Source: Chiloscyllium plagiosum (taxonomy: Eukaryota). Taken from it: a DNA stretch of 36,400 nucleotides. A program made the translations under genes and the position numbers. Shown here in pieces: positions 35,309-36,400 of this stretch (position 1 is the first letter of the stretch; each line of letters opens with the position of its first letter). The notes below the pieces were generated by a model. It was not told the origin of the DNA. It saw only the letters and a program-made list of their open reading frames with translations, and searched no databases. The stretch covers positions 29,755,279 through 29,791,678 of the forward strand of contig NC_057718.1 in assembly GCF_004010195.1 (NCBI RefSeq). The letters run 5' to 3'.

Positions 35309-35861
35309 TACAAGTACAGCCAGGTCTCAAAGCACATTCCTTCGCTCAAATTATTGCCATTCAGATAATAAACTGCCTTCCTGCTTGCTACCCAAATGGA
35401 TAACCTCTTAGTTATCTATATTATACTGCATCTGCTTTGCTTTTCCCTACTCACTCAACTTATCCTTGTCACATTGAAGCATTTCTGCATCCTTCATACA
35501 TCTTACCCGCCAACCCATCTTTGGATCACTTGCATGCTTGGACAATACATTTAGATCCCTCATCAAAAGCTTTAAATATATACTGTGAATAGATAGGACC
35601 CGAGTACTGATCCCTTTGGTACTCCACGAGTCACTGCCTGCCATTCAGAAAAAGATCCATTTATTCCTCTTTGTTTCCTGTCTGCTAACCAGTATTCCAC
35701 CTATTTCAATACGCCACCCACAATCCCATGCATTTTAATTTTACACACAAATCTCTAAAGTGTCAAAAGCCTTCTGGAAGTCCAAGTAAATCACATGCAT
35801 GAAATGTGGGGGTTCATTAGTTCCAGTCAAAAGGCATTTGGATGGGGGGGGGAGGGGACAA

Positions 35862-36131
35862 GCTGGATGTTTAAAAAGGAAATTGAAGGGAAAGTTAGAA
35901 CAAGAGAAGTCAAGAAAGATAACTGAATCATTGAGGCAGAAAACTCGGAAGGGCATCATGCTGTAAGGTTGAGTGAAATAAGGGTTGATGGGAAGGGCTG
36001 GATGTTTAAAAAGGAAATTGAAGGGAAAGTTAGAACAAGAGAAGTCAAGAAAGATAACTGAATCATTGAGGCAGAAAACTCGGAAGGGCATCATGCTGTA
36101 AGGTTGAGTGAAATAAGGGTTGATGGGAAGG
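35862..36131. repeat. Exact 135-bp tandem duplication
   Basis: gctggatgtttaaaaagg...gttgatgggaagg at 35862-35996 and 35997-36131. Confidence 0.95.
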
Positions 36132-36148
36132 GTGAGAGCAGTAACAAA

Positions 36149-36400
36149 TTAAAAATACTATACATGAATGCACGAAGCATTAGACATAAGATGGATGAGC
36201 TTGAGGCTCTTGGAGAAATTGGCAGATACGATATTGTGGGGATAACTGAGACGTGGCTTCAACTGGACAGGGCCTGGGAAAGGAATATTCAAGGATACAC
36301 GTGCTATCGTAAGGACAGAACTGATGGGCAGGGGGGGTGGGGTGGCCTTGTTGGTAAGGGACGATATTCAGTCCCTTGTGCGGGGGGACCTAGAGTCAGG
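36149..36400 (+). mobile_element. CR1 ORF2 AP endonuclease N-terminus (runs off the window)
   Basis: LKILYMNARSIRHKMDELEALGEIGRYDIVGITETWLQ..NIQGYTCYRKDR. Confidence 0.88.

Larger units (their letters stand above)
33310..35800 (-). mobile_element. Old CR1 (3' end to RT), interrupted by HE1, a plus-strand RT piece and a MITE
   Basis: Tail near 33310-33360; VLLQLYSTLVKLHL (34011-34055); HASDPKMG..LQCDKDKLSE (35447-35644); VIYLDFQKAFD near 35765-35795. Confidence 0.75.

Overview
Eukaryotic DNA that is almost entirely repeat-derived, with two N-gaps (25719-26353, 31533-32032). HE1-type tRNA SINEs, HER1/CR1 LINEs with an esterase ORF1 and abundant Penelope-like ends point to a cartilaginous fish (shark); this is an inference. 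The only confident host coding sequence is one 118-bp minus-strand exon (33022-33139) of a PP2C phosphatase, best matching PPM1B, so the window is probably intronic. The rest is nested transposon debris: a near full-length CR1 (8.5-12.5 kb), many CR1/L2/L1 fragments, three SINE families, a Harbinger remnant, a Tigger-like MITE, and many Penelope-like fragments carrying minimal hammerhead ribozyme motifs. The most unusual structure is an ~8.75 kb block (17744-26492) bounded by inverted Penelope termini and an exact 15-bp direct repeat. It contains an 82-bp near-perfect hairpin and a candidate foreign exon. It may be a Penelope-associated cargo insertion or an assembly chimera, and the sequence alone cannot decide which. 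Boundaries of old repeats are approximate and set by eye.
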